Below are positions 53,999 through 62,501 of a stretch of 64,000 nucleotides of DNA, in pieces. Both the position numbers and the translations under genes were made by a program. Position 1 is the first letter of the stretch, and each line of letters starts with the position of its first letter. The stretch is taken from positions 1,596-65,595 of the forward strand of contig CAVDSY010000025.1 of NCBI GenBank assembly GCA_963611815.1, written 5' to 3'. The notes below the pieces were generated by a model. The model ran no database searches and was not told the origin of the DNA. It saw nothing but the letters and a program-made list of their open reading frames with translations. The DNA is from a bacterium. Lineage in GTDB: Bacteria; Bacillota_I; Bacilli_A; RFN20; CAG-826.

Positions 53999-55648
53999 TT
54001 ATTCAACCGCGAAGATGAACGGATAGACGTCTTGTCCGCCGTCGATTGGGATGAAATCCATCAAAGAATACTTGGCTTCGACAGCATTGGCCACCGCTTC
54101 TTTTTGTTCAGAGGTGACGCTCTTCCCAAAGAAAACGGTGATGACGGAACGCTCGTCGATATCCTCCACTTTGCCGATCGTCTCCATGAGACAATCGATC
54201 GGAGAAGAGTTATCGCAGACGAGATTCCCGGCAAGGATGCCTATGTAATCGCCGCAGGTGACGTTTATTCCGTTGTTAACGGAGTCGCGCACCGCAGTAG
54301 AAACCTCCCCCGCAACGACCGAGGCGATGGCGTCATTGATCGTGTTGACGGTGCCTTCAAGGCCCTCAGTCTCAAAATCGATAAGCTGAAGCGCGCTGTA
54401 GGCTTGGATGACAGATTTGGAAGAAATGACGACCACATTGGCTTTTTTGTAAAGCGAAGCGGCCTGCTTGGCGGTGAGGATCACGTTCCCGTTGTTGGGG
54501 AAAACGACAATGTTCTCGGCGTAGGCCTCGTCGAAGGCTTTGATGAAGTCGTCGGCGCTCGGGTTCATGCTTTGGCCCCCACCGACAATGGCGTCAACTT
54601 TGAGTTCGCGGAACAAATTCGAGATTTCAACCGCAGGAGAAACGGCCACGACGGCGAATTTCTTCTTCTTTTTCTCTTCGATCGGCATTTCCTTAAGAAG
54701 GATCTCATTATGCTGAAGGTTCATGTTCTCCATCTTGAAGGTAAGGAACTCGCCGAACTTCTGCGCATAGCGGATCGGCAATGACGGGTCTTTGGTGTGC
54801 ACGTGGACTTTGACGATGTTTCCATTGCGCAAAGCAACGATCGAATCGCCGAAGGTTTTGAAATAATCGATCATGGCCTGCAAATCGAATTCCTTCGGCC
54901 CGTTCTTTGAATTTTGGAGCTGGAGGATGAATTCAGTGCAATAGCCATAAGTCAGAACGCTGTCTTCGTTGAAAGCCGACAAGTCAACGGATGTAGCGCC
55001 ATTAGACGGGCCGTCGAAGGAAGAGTCTTCGACTTCCTCGCCATGTATTTCCTTGCTCATGCCATCAATGACGGTCAGCAAGCCCGCTCCGCCCGAATCG
55101 ATGACGCCGGCCTCTTTGAGGACAGGCAACAGGTCCGGGGTCTTCTTCAAAGCCTGAGCCATCGAGAAATGGAGCATCGAGAAAAGCTCCTCGATTGTCG
55201 CGAGCTTCTCGACCTTGTTCTCAACCGCGTCGCTGCCCTCTCTGGCGACTGTCAAAATCGTCCCCTCAACAGGCGTGACGACAGCTTCGTAAGCGGTATG
55301 GGTGGCTTGCTGCAATGCGTGGGCAAATTGGGCTGTGTCGACGATTTCCAACCCTTCAAGGCCTTTCGCAAGGCCAGCGAAAAACTGGGAGAGGATGACG
55401 CCGGAATTGCCCCTGGCGCTCAAAAGCATGCCTGAGGCTAAGGCTGCGGCTTTGGCGCCCACCGTCGGCTGGCTTTCTTTTTCCATGGCCTCGACGCCAC
55501 CTTTGAGGGTCGCGGTCATGTTCGTCCCGGTGTCTCCGTCTGGGACGGGGAAAACGTTTAGATCGTTGATCTTCTGATAATTAGCTTTGAGGTTCTTCAG
55601 GCCATTTGAAACCATGGCCTGGAATAAGCTTGCGTTGATACTGTCCAT
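53999..55648 (-). CDS. fakA: DAK2-domain fatty acid kinase subunit FakA (YloV family)
   Basis: N-terminal LNVFPVPDGDTGTNM Dak2 signature, ~550 aa, directly downstream of a DegV gene. Confidence 0.85.
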   Translation of the reverse strand: MDSINASLFQAMVSNGLKNLKANYQKINDLNVFPVPDGDTGTNMTATLKGGVEAMEKESQPTVGAKAAALASGMLLSARGNSGVILSQFFAGLAKGLEGLEIVDTAQFAHALQQATHTAYEAVVTPVEGTILTVAREGSDAVENKVEKLATIEELFSMLHFSMAQALKKTPDLLPVLKEAGVIDSGGAGLLTVIDGMSKEIHGEEVEDSSFDGPSNGATSVDLSAFNEDSVLTYGYCTEFILQLQNSKNGPKEFDLQAMIDYFKTFGDSIVALRNGNIVKVHVHTKDPSLPIRYAQKFGEFLTFKMENMNLQHNEILLKEMPIEEKKKKKFAVVAVSPAVEISNLFRELKVDAIVGGGQSMNPSADDFIKAFDEAYAENIVVFPNNGNVILTAKQAASLYKKANVVVISSKSVIQAYSALQLIDFETEGLEGTVNTINDAIASVVAGEVSTAVRDSVNNGINVTCGDYIGILAGNLVCDNSSPIDCLMETIGKVEDIDERSVITVFFGKSVTSEQKEAVANAVEAKYSLMDFIPIDGGQDVYPFIFAVE

Positions 55649-55669
55649 ACGGGGAATCCCTTTTTCGGT

Positions 55670-56566
55670 TTATTCCCCACAGGCGGTAACGGGTTTCCCG
55701 TAGATGTAGACGGCCACGGTGCCAGGGCCAGTCGACGCGCCGATGATCGGCCCGATGTTCCCGCGGTAGATTTTCGCGTTAGGAAGAAGGCTGAGGAGTC
55801 TTTCTTTGGTGATTTCAGCCGCCTCGGGGTTATCCGCGTCAGAAATGTAGAAGGTCTCGTTCTCCGGGTCTTCGCAAGCCGCGACGGCGAGATCGGCGAT
55901 GCGGCAAAGCGAGGCTTTCTTTCCTTTGACTTTTTCAATGGCGAAATTGTGACCTTTGACGTCGCTGATCAGTATCGGCTTGACGGCAAGGAGATTTCCG
56001 AAGAAAGCGGAACTCGCAGTGACGCGGCCCGCCTTTTTTAGGGCAGTGAGGCTCTCAACGGTCGCGAATTGGTTGAAACGGAGACGGTTTTCAAGGATGA
56101 AAGAAGCGGTTTCGTCTAGAGATTTGCCTTCTTCCCTCATTTTGCTAGCTTTGACGGCCATATCAGCCTGGGCGAAGCCGCTGATAAGGGAATCGATGCA
56201 GGCGATTTTGCGGCCCGGGAATTTCTTAAGGAGCTCATCGCTGACTTTGCAAGCGACGTTATAGGAGGCGCTGAGTCCGCTGGAGCAGGCGATGTAAAGG
56301 ATATCATTGCCTTTCTCAAGGCTGGCGGTGAAGCGCTTGGTCACTTCTTGCTCGGTGGCTTGCTGGGTGAAGATGCGCTTGCCTTCTCTCATCACCTGAT
56401 AGAAATCGTGATGGCTCATTCCTTGGTCATAGTCCAAGGAGGCGTCCATCCTGTCCCCGTCGTCGACGGCAACGCCGAAGCGGACGTAGTCAACGTCGTA
56501 CTTCTTTCTGAGCTCGGCGGGCATGTCGCCCGTTGAATCGATGAAGATGTCAAAATTGGTTTTCAT
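55670..56566 (-). CDS. fakB: DegV-family fatty-acid-binding protein (FakB)
   Basis: IFIDSTGDMP start pattern and the length are typical of DegV. Trimmed to ATG 56566 to avoid overlapping yneF. Confidence 0.85.
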   Translation of the reverse strand: MKTNFDIFIDSTGDMPAELRKKYDVDYVRFGVAVDDGDRMDASLDYDQGMSHHDFYQVMREGKRIFTQQATEQEVTKRFTASLEKGNDILYIACSSGLSASYNVACKVSDELLKKFPGRKIACIDSLISGFAQADMAVKASKMREEGKSLDETASFILENRLRFNQFATVESLTALKKAGRVTASSAFFGNLLAVKPILISDVKGHNFAIEKVKGKKASLCRIADLAVAACEDPENETFYISDADNPEAAEITKERLLSLLPNAKIYRGNIGPIIGASTGPGTVAVYIYGKPVTACGE

Positions 56567-56586
56567 AAAATATTTCCTTTCGTTAA

Positions 56587-56613
56587 CCAAAAAACCGCCG
56601 AAATCAGCGGTTT
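56587..56613 (-). terminator. Terminator/attenuator between yneF and fakB
   Basis: Minus strand AAACCGC-TGATTTCG-GCGGTTT followed by TTT. It overlaps the yneF stop codon. Confidence 0.5.
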
Positions 56614-56849
56614 CGTTCACTTTCCATTTGTTTCATCACGGCGCGGATCTGCGCTTCGGATGGCTTGCGGCCCATGGAACGGAACATCGCCCTGATCATG
56701 TTCTCATTGATGGGCGGATTGTCCTTGAGCTGCTTCTTGAAAACGTAGCGGGCAATCATGAAACCGGCGATTGCTCCGATAATGAGCGCGCCAATGACAA
56801 GGCCGAACCAGCCTCCATCCCAACCGAAAAGAGCGGGAAGGGTCATCAT
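56604..56849 (-). CDS. yneF: UPF0154 membrane protein YneF
   Basis: One N-terminal TM helix followed by NPPINENMIRAMFRSMGRKPSEAQI, characteristic of YneF. Confidence 0.8.
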   Translation of the reverse strand: MMTLPALFGWDGGWFGLVIGALIIGAIAGFMIARYVFKKQLKDNPPINENMIRAMFRSMGRKPSEAQIRAVMKQMESERNR

Positions 56850-57409
56850 CAGGCCCTCCCGTCGTATTTGCCGGTCGTGGTGTCGACGGAGATCTTGTCA
56901 CCCTCGTTGATGAAGAGGGGGACGCGGATGGTGATGCCGGTCTCAAGCTCGGCGTCTTTGGATCCGCCGTTGCTGACGGTGTCGCCCCTGACGCCAGGCT
57001 CGGTCTTGGTGACGGTCAAAATGGCCTTGGCAGGAAGAGAGACGCCGAGGATCTCGTCCTCATAGGTGACGATGGTGACTTCGCTGTTGGGGGCGATGTA
57101 TTTGATCTCGTTCTCCAAAGCGGCGTGCGGGAGAGGGACCTGCTCGTAGGTCTTGGGGTCCATGAAGTTATAGGCCTGTCCATCGTCATAGAGATAATTC
57201 ATCGTCTTCTTGTCGACGTGGATGTCCTCGACGCCGTAGCCGGAGTTGCGGGCGAGCTCGACGATAGCGCCAGTGCGCATGTTCTTTACTTTGAGTTTCG
57301 CGACCATCTTCCTCATCGCGGTCTTGTTGAGGAGGATGTCGATGACCTGGTACATATTGCCTTCATCGATGAAGTAGTTCCCAGGACGGAGTTCGGTGAC
57401 ATTGATCAT
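56849..57409 (-). CDS. efp: Elongation factor P (divergent loop)
   Basis: Three-domain EF-P length and pattern (MINVTELRPGNYF..., GDTVSNGGSKDAELETG). AAGGAG SD. Confidence 0.9.
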   Translation of the reverse strand: MINVTELRPGNYFIDEGNMYQVIDILLNKTAMRKMVAKLKVKNMRTGAIVELARNSGYGVEDIHVDKKTMNYLYDDGQAYNFMDPKTYEQVPLPHAALENEIKYIAPNSEVTIVTYEDEILGVSLPAKAILTVTKTEPGVRGDTVSNGGSKDAELETGITIRVPLFINEGDKISVDTTTGKYDGRA

Positions 57410-57444
57410 AAATTAAATTAATCTCCTTTGAATGCCGTCGGTAA

Positions 57445-57450
57445 TTATAG
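57445..57450 (-). promoter_or_regulatory. -10 box candidate for efp
   Basis: Minus strand CGCCTATAATTACC has a perfect TATAAT about 35 nt before the efp ATG. Confidence 0.45.
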
Positions 57451-57578
57451 GCGTTTTGCCCTCCCTAAAAAAGGGCGACTTTCGCGCGCGAGGGAAATCC
57501 CCTAGTCATCGAGATTTTTTGTGTGTTGGAAAAGCAATTTTCAGCAAGCAAACAGCCCTACAAATGGCATGATTCCTC

Positions 57579-58214
57579 TCAGTTCAGATGACTTTCAAGG
57601 TAAGGCCTTTCGTCCCCGATCGTCGTTTTGCCGCCGTGGCCGGGATAGACGATAGTTTCATCTGGCAAGTCGAAAATCCTGCTCAGGCTTCTCTCTTTGT
57701 CTTTGGGGGAAGCGTGGCGGAGGTCATCTCGGCCGATACCCAGTTTGAAAAGGGTGTCTCCTGAGAAAAGGACGCCCTGCTCCTCGAAATAAAGGCAGAT
57801 CGAGCCTTTGGTGTGGAAAGGCGTGGCGATGGTCTTGAAGGAAAAGGGGCCGATTGAGGTTTCGTCGCCGTCCTCGAGAAAATAAGGCGAGACCGCTTTC
57901 TCAAGAGCAAAAGGCTCCGCAAGGTCGAAGGAGGCGTTTAGCTTGGGGTCATCGAGGCAAAGGAAATCCTCTTCCGACATGAAAAGCGGGACCTTTGCGA
58001 GGCCGAGCAAATCGTTGAGGCCGTAAAAATGATCGAAATGGCCATGGGTCAGCACGATCCCTAGCGTTTTCCCCGCGTGGTGCTTCTCGATGTAATGGTC
58101 GAGGACGTTGCCTCTATCGTAGCCGGGGTCGATGAGTAGGCAGGGGTCGCCTTCTTCGCCGAGGACATAAGTATTGGCGAAGGAAGGGTGATAATTGAGT
58201 TTGGCGATTTTCAT
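57579..58214 (-). CDS. MBL-fold metallo-hydrolase
   Basis: THGHFDH motif (HxHxDH), with downstream GD and H ligands. Confidence 0.85.
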   Translation of the reverse strand: MKIAKLNYHPSFANTYVLGEEGDPCLLIDPGYDRGNVLDHYIEKHHAGKTLGIVLTHGHFDHFYGLNDLLGLAKVPLFMSEEDFLCLDDPKLNASFDLAEPFALEKAVSPYFLEDGDETSIGPFSFKTIATPFHTKGSICLYFEEQGVLFSGDTLFKLGIGRDDLRHASPKDKERSLSRIFDLPDETIVYPGHGGKTTIGDERPYLESHLN

Positions 58215-58221
58215 GGCGAAA

Positions 58222-58244
58222 CAAAAAAATAAGGCCGGGGCCTT
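58222..58244 (-). terminator. Weak terminator after rpmG
   Basis: Minus strand AAGGC-CCCG-GCCTT followed by ATTTTTTT. It overlaps the rpmG stop codon. Confidence 0.45.
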
Positions 58245-58401
58245 ATTTCTTCTCCTTGTGGTCGGTCATCTTGCGGCAATGCTCGCAATACTTCTTGATC
58301 TCCATCTTCTCAGGCTTGTTGCGTTTGTTCCTGGTCGTGATGTAGTTCTCGTTGCCGCAGACGGTGCATTTCAGGATGACTTGATCGCGTTTGGACGCCA
58401 T
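58243..58401 (-). CDS. rpmG: 50S ribosomal protein L33 (Zn-ribbon form), 52 aa, absent from the ORF track
   Basis: My translation of the minus strand gives MASKRDQVILKCTVCGNENYITTRNKRNKPEKMEIKKYCEHCRKMTDHKEKK, with CxxC...CxxC and a GGAGAG SD. Confidence 0.9.
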   Translation of the reverse strand: MASKRDQVILKCTVCGNENYITTRNKRNKPEKMEIKKYCEHCRKMTDHKEKK

Positions 58402-58488
58402 GTTGGTTCACTCTCCTTCGCTTTCGCGTTGAGTATCCTATCACACACTTCCCAAAAGCGCTACAACTTGATTTAGAATAGTTTCACT

Positions 58489-59541
58489 ATGTTGAAACGC
58501 AGCCAAACCCGTCCTGTATATCTGGGCAATCTTCGCTTAGGCGGAGGCAATCAGGTCCTCATCCAATCGATGGCCTCCATCAAGACGAGCAAGGTCGATG
58601 AGGTGAGCGCGCAGATAAACCGCTGCGCGAAGCTAGGCTGTCAGATCATGCGCCTTTCTTGCCTCGACATGGAAGACGCCAAAAGCTTCGCCTCAATAAA
58701 AGACAAGGTGGGCATCCCCTTGGTCGCCGACATCCATTTCGATTATCGTTTCGCCCTTGAGGCGATAAAAGGAGGCGTCGACGGCGTGAGGATCAACCCC
58801 GGGAACATCGGGGACGAGAAACGGATAAGGGAAGTGGTAGACGCCTGCAAAAGGAAAAGGGTGCCAATAAGAATCGGCGTGAACTCCGGGTCTTTGGACA
58901 AAGCCATCTCCACCGGCGAGCCGAAAGTCCTGGCGAGCCATCTTGTCGAAAGCGCGAAAAAGCACGTCGCCATATTGGAAAAGATGGATTTCCACGACAT
59001 AGTGATCTCCCTTAAAGGCAGTTCCCCCATTGAGACAATCGAGGCCTATCGCGAAGCGGCTTCGATCTTCCCCTACCCTTTGCATCTAGGCGTCACGGAG
59101 GCCGGGCCGAAGGACATCGGGCTCATCCGCTCCGCGGCCACTCTCTCCCCATTGCTTCTCGAAGGCATCGGGGACACCATCCGAATCTCGCTTAGCGACG
59201 ACCCTGAAGAAGAGGTCAAAGCCTGCCACCGCTTGCTCCACGACCTCGGGATCGAGAAAGATTACCCGACCTTCATCTCCTGCCCGACATGCGGCAGGAC
59301 AAGCGTTAAGCTAATCCCCTTGGCCAAGGAGCTTCAGCGTTACGTCGAGGAGAGGCGCATCAGCAAGACCATCGCCGTAATGGGCTGCATCGTCAATGGG
59401 CCAGGCGAAGCCAGGCACGCGGATTTGGGCGCCGCCGGAGGAAATGGGAGATGGGTCATCTTCAAGAAAGGGGAGATCCTCCGCGAAGTCGATGACAAAG
59501 ACATCTTCGATGAGATGAAGAAGGAAATAGACTCCTTATGA
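58489..59541 (+). CDS. ispG: 4-hydroxy-3-methylbut-2-enyl diphosphate synthase
   Basis: IQSM..., RINPGNIG, and the C-terminal Fe-S cysteines CPTCGR...GCIVNGPGE. Confidence 0.95.
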   Translation: MLKRSQTRPVYLGNLRLGGGNQVLIQSMASIKTSKVDEVSAQINRCAKLGCQIMRLSCLDMEDAKSFASIKDKVGIPLVADIHFDYRFALEAIKGGVDGVRINPGNIGDEKRIREVVDACKRKRVPIRIGVNSGSLDKAISTGEPKVLASHLVESAKKHVAILEKMDFHDIVISLKGSSPIETIEAYREAASIFPYPLHLGVTEAGPKDIGLIRSAATLSPLLLEGIGDTIRISLSDDPEEEVKACHRLLHDLGIEKDYPTFISCPTCGRTSVKLIPLAKELQRYVEERRISKTIAVMGCIVNGPGEARHADLGAAGGNGRWVIFKKGEILREVDDKDIFDEMKKEIDSL

Positions 59542-59542
59542 G

Positions 59543-59569
59543 AAAAGAGCAGGTCACCCCTGCTCTTTT
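59543..59569. terminator. Bidirectional terminator shared by the convergent ispG and helicase genes
   Basis: AGAGCAGG(59546-59553)/CCTGCTCT(59559-59566) flanked by an A-run and a T-run. The 3' arm lies inside the last helicase codons. Confidence 0.6.
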
Positions 59570-60909
59570 CCATGAAGATTAGCCCTGATTTTCTTGCGGA
59601 TCGCCTTGCGGCGGTACTTGTTTTTGACTTTTTCAACAGCCCAGCGCTGCTTCCTCTTGTAGCCTGGTTTAACTTTCTTGGCTCTGGTATTGGCTTTGGC
59701 TATTTTTATCTCCTTGGCCTCTTCCGGGTCCTCAAACGGCTTCTTTTTCTGGAACTTGGTTTTCGGAAGGAGGCCGACGGGATCTTTCTCAAGCGCGTCT
59801 TTGCGGAGGATCAGGAAATCGAATTTTACGCCTTGTTCCATCAAGGCCTTTGGGAGCCTGATGGAATCGTCGTCATAAAACACCCAGGAATCGCCGCTTT
59901 TGCCGAAGCGGGCCGTGCGTCCAGCGCGATGGTGGTAATAGTTGAGGTCGCTAGGGAGGTCGAGCGAAATGACGTCGCTGACGTCTTCGATGTCGATGCC
60001 GCGGCTCAGAAGGTCGGAACAGACAACCACTTGGTAGCGGTTTTCCTTGATCATGCGAATCGTCTTTCTCCTCTCGCGCGTCTCAAGGTCGCCAGAGAAG
60101 AGCACCGTGCTGTATCCTGCGTTCTTCAAGGCGGCGTAAGCGGAGTTGACGTCTTCTTTCCTTGAGGCGAAAACGAGGGCCAAATATGGATGTTTTAGAG
60201 ACAGAAAACGCAGCAAGGCCTCGTTTTTCCCGACGTGTTTGATATCGATGAGGTGATGGGAGACATTGGCGGAGGATTTATTCTCCTCACCTTCGTAGAG
60301 GAAATCGCTGGCGGCGTATTTTCTAAGCTTCTCCTTGAGGCCCTGCTCCAAGGTCGCCGAGAAGACCATGACCTGCAGATCGTCCCTAAGGAGAGAGCGC
60401 AAGGCGTCGATGTCCTCGAAATAACCCATGTCCATCAGCATGTCAGCCTCATCGAGCACCAGACTCTTCACCCCTTTGAGGTTGAGCTCGTAATCATCGG
60501 CGAGCAGATCCTTCAGCCTGCCCGGGGTGCCGATGACGAGCTGAGGGGCGATGGAGAGCCCTTGCTGGTTCTCGCTCTTCTCCTCGCTGGAAGTGAAAAG
60601 CCTCACCTTAAGCTTCGGGAAAAAGCGCGTGAAAGCGAAGGCGAAATCATAGACCTGGCGGGCAAGCTCGCGGCTAGGGCAGACGATGATGGACTGCAGG
60701 CGGGGCAAAGAAAGGTCGAGGCGGTCGATTATAGGGACGAGATACGAATGCGTCTTGCCGCTTCCGGTCTCGCTTTGGCAGAGGATGGAATCGCCGCGCA
60801 AAGCCTTGGGGATTACCCTGCTTTGGACGGGGGAAGGTTCCTTGTAGCCGAGCTTTTCCAGGGCCTGAACCATTTCTTTGGAGAGATTGAATTGCGCGAA
60901 GTTTGCCAT
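59554..60909 (-). CDS. DEAD-box ATP-dependent RNA helicase with basic C-terminal tail
   Basis: Q motif, SETGSGKTH, DEAD, SAT, HRAGRTAR. Lys/Arg-rich C-terminus. Confidence 0.9.
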   Translation of the reverse strand: MANFAQFNLSKEMVQALEKLGYKEPSPVQSRVIPKALRGDSILCQSETGSGKTHSYLVPIIDRLDLSLPRLQSIIVCPSRELARQVYDFAFAFTRFFPKLKVRLFTSSEEKSENQQGLSIAPQLVIGTPGRLKDLLADDYELNLKGVKSLVLDEADMLMDMGYFEDIDALRSLLRDDLQVMVFSATLEQGLKEKLRKYAASDFLYEGEENKSSANVSHHLIDIKHVGKNEALLRFLSLKHPYLALVFASRKEDVNSAYAALKNAGYSTVLFSGDLETRERRKTIRMIKENRYQVVVCSDLLSRGIDIEDVSDVISLDLPSDLNYYHHRAGRTARFGKSGDSWVFYDDDSIRLPKALMEQGVKFDFLILRKDALEKDPVGLLPKTKFQKKKPFEDPEEAKEIKIAKANTRAKKVKPGYKRKQRWAVEKVKNKYRRKAIRKKIRANLHGKEQG

Positions 60910-60970
60910 AACGGGGAGATTATAGGGAAATCCCTTCCTTTTTGCACATTTTTAAAGGAAAATTCTACCC

Positions 60971-61822
60971 ATGAACATCCTCCTCGCGAAGCCCTTCGGC
61001 TACTGCTATGGCGTATCCAAAGCCATGGAAATCGCCCTGAAGGCAAAGAAGGAACACCCAGCGAGCGAGGTCTATCTCATTGGCGCGCCGGTGCATAACG
61101 AGGACGCCATATCGGCCCTGCTTTCAAAAGGTCTGCGGCTTCTTGACGGGGACTTCGATTCTTTGCTCCGCCGAATGGAGGGGCTTGAAAAGGGGTCCAT
61201 CGTGGTCTTCTCAGCGCACGGGCACCCTTCTTCTTTCGACGAGGCCGCCAAAAGGAAAGGCTTCCAGATATACGATGGCACCTGCGCTTTCGTGAAGGAG
61301 AATCTAGGAACCGCCCTGCTTTCGCATCATCCGATCATCTATGTCGGGCAGGAGAAGCACGCTGAGAAAGAGGCGTTCCTCGCCTCCTGTCCCAAGGCTT
61401 TCTATTTCAATTCCAAAGACGGCGAGGGGGACTGGCGAAAGTGCCCTGCCTCGCCGGAGATCGTCTGCCAGACAACCTTGAGCGGCGACGAGGTGGAGAA
61501 AGCTTTCGCCGAGATCAAAGCGGCCTTCCCGGAGGCACGCCTTGCGAAAGAGCGCTGCACCGCTACGCGCGTGAGGCAAGAGAAAGTCGCTGAGCTCTCC
61601 AAAAAAGCCGATGCAGCGATTGTTTTGGGATCATCGACGTCCAATAACGCCTCCAAGCTTTACGAAATAGCCAAATCCAACTGCCCTGCCTGGCTTTGCC
61701 TCGATGAAAAAGAGGTCGCTAAACTCGATCTCTCGCCCTACGGAACCCTCCTCGTCTGCTCCAGCGCCTCGACTTCGAAAGAGATAGTCGAAAGGACTTT
61801 GGCTTATCTCTCCTCGCTTTGA
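60971..61822 (+). CDS. ispH: 4-hydroxy-3-methylbut-2-enyl diphosphate reductase
   Basis: FGYCYGV, SAHG, CAFV, and SSNAS motifs of LytB/IspH. Confidence 0.9.
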   Translation: MNILLAKPFGYCYGVSKAMEIALKAKKEHPASEVYLIGAPVHNEDAISALLSKGLRLLDGDFDSLLRRMEGLEKGSIVVFSAHGHPSSFDEAAKRKGFQIYDGTCAFVKENLGTALLSHHPIIYVGQEKHAEKEAFLASCPKAFYFNSKDGEGDWRKCPASPEIVCQTTLSGDEVEKAFAEIKAAFPEARLAKERCTATRVRQEKVAELSKKADAAIVLGSSTSNNASKLYEIAKSNCPAWLCLDEKEVAKLDLSPYGTLLVCSSASTSKEIVERTLAYLSSL

Positions 61823-62493
61823 GAAGCGCCGATTATCTGTTTGAGCAAACGGTAAAGATTTAGGTATTTGCGTCTATTTTCATCGGACAGGCCCTTGTCG
61901 AGGTTCTTTCCGACTTTCTTCAGATTGTCCTCGCAAAACGCGATGAAAGCAGGATCCCTTTTCTCCAAAAGCACCGGCCCAAAGGCGAGTTCGGCTTTGG
62001 TGTAAGGCCTCTTTGGCTTTCCTTTGACGGCTTTGATTATCGTGTAGAAAGTGCCCGATTCCAAAACCATCGCCTCATCATCGATCTTAAAGCCGAGCTC
62101 GACCAGTTTCTGCCTCACGAGGACGAGGTCCTTATGTGGGTCGAGGACAATGGTCTCGATCTGGTCAAGCTTATCCTTCCCCTTCTCGAGGATCTCAGCG
62201 ATGAGGCTGCCTCCCATGCCGAGGATGGCTAGGCAATCGACATTGCTCGAAAGCTCGTCCAACCCGTTTGCCTGAGTGCAGACGACATGGCTTGCGAAGC
62301 TGCAGCCATCGATCGCGGCCTTCATGCGGATGAAGGGCCCCACTTTGTTCTCGATGGCTTGGGCCCAGGCTATCTTCCCATTCTCCAAAAGGGCAATGGT
62401 CAGTTGGGCATGGTCGGCGCCGACGTCGGCGACGACGGAATCAAACGGGATGAAATCATAGGCGGTTTGGAGCCTTTTCGATAGCTTTCTCAT
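61804..62493 (-). CDS. trmK: tRNA (adenine22-N1)-methyltransferase TrmK (YqfN)
   Basis: LSKRL...VADVGADHAQL SAM-binding start. Position downstream of the sigma genes matches Bacillus. The 3' end overlaps ispH by 19 nt. Confidence 0.85.
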   Translation of the reverse strand: MRKLSKRLQTAYDFIPFDSVVADVGADHAQLTIALLENGKIAWAQAIENKVGPFIRMKAAIDGCSFASHVVCTQANGLDELSSNVDCLAILGMGGSLIAEILEKGKDKLDQIETIVLDPHKDLVLVRQKLVELGFKIDDEAMVLESGTFYTIIKAVKGKPKRPYTKAELAFGPVLLEKRDPAFIAFCEDNLKKVGKNLDKGLSDENRRKYLNLYRLLKQIIGASQSEER

Positions 62494-62501
62494 GATGCTT
62501 C

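Noticed and set aside
56567-56620. Longer DegV start (ATG 56620) and longer N-termini of the SDR (31), glmS (1210), valS (9302), lipoprotein (13154), GT2 (18911), secDF (22886), recJ (25755), yqeH (47748) and nadD::yqeK (46256) ORFs
   Set aside because: The extensions overlap neighbouring genes, terminators or riboswitch sequence and lack SDs. The internal ATGs coincide with the family N-termini, and most have SDs.
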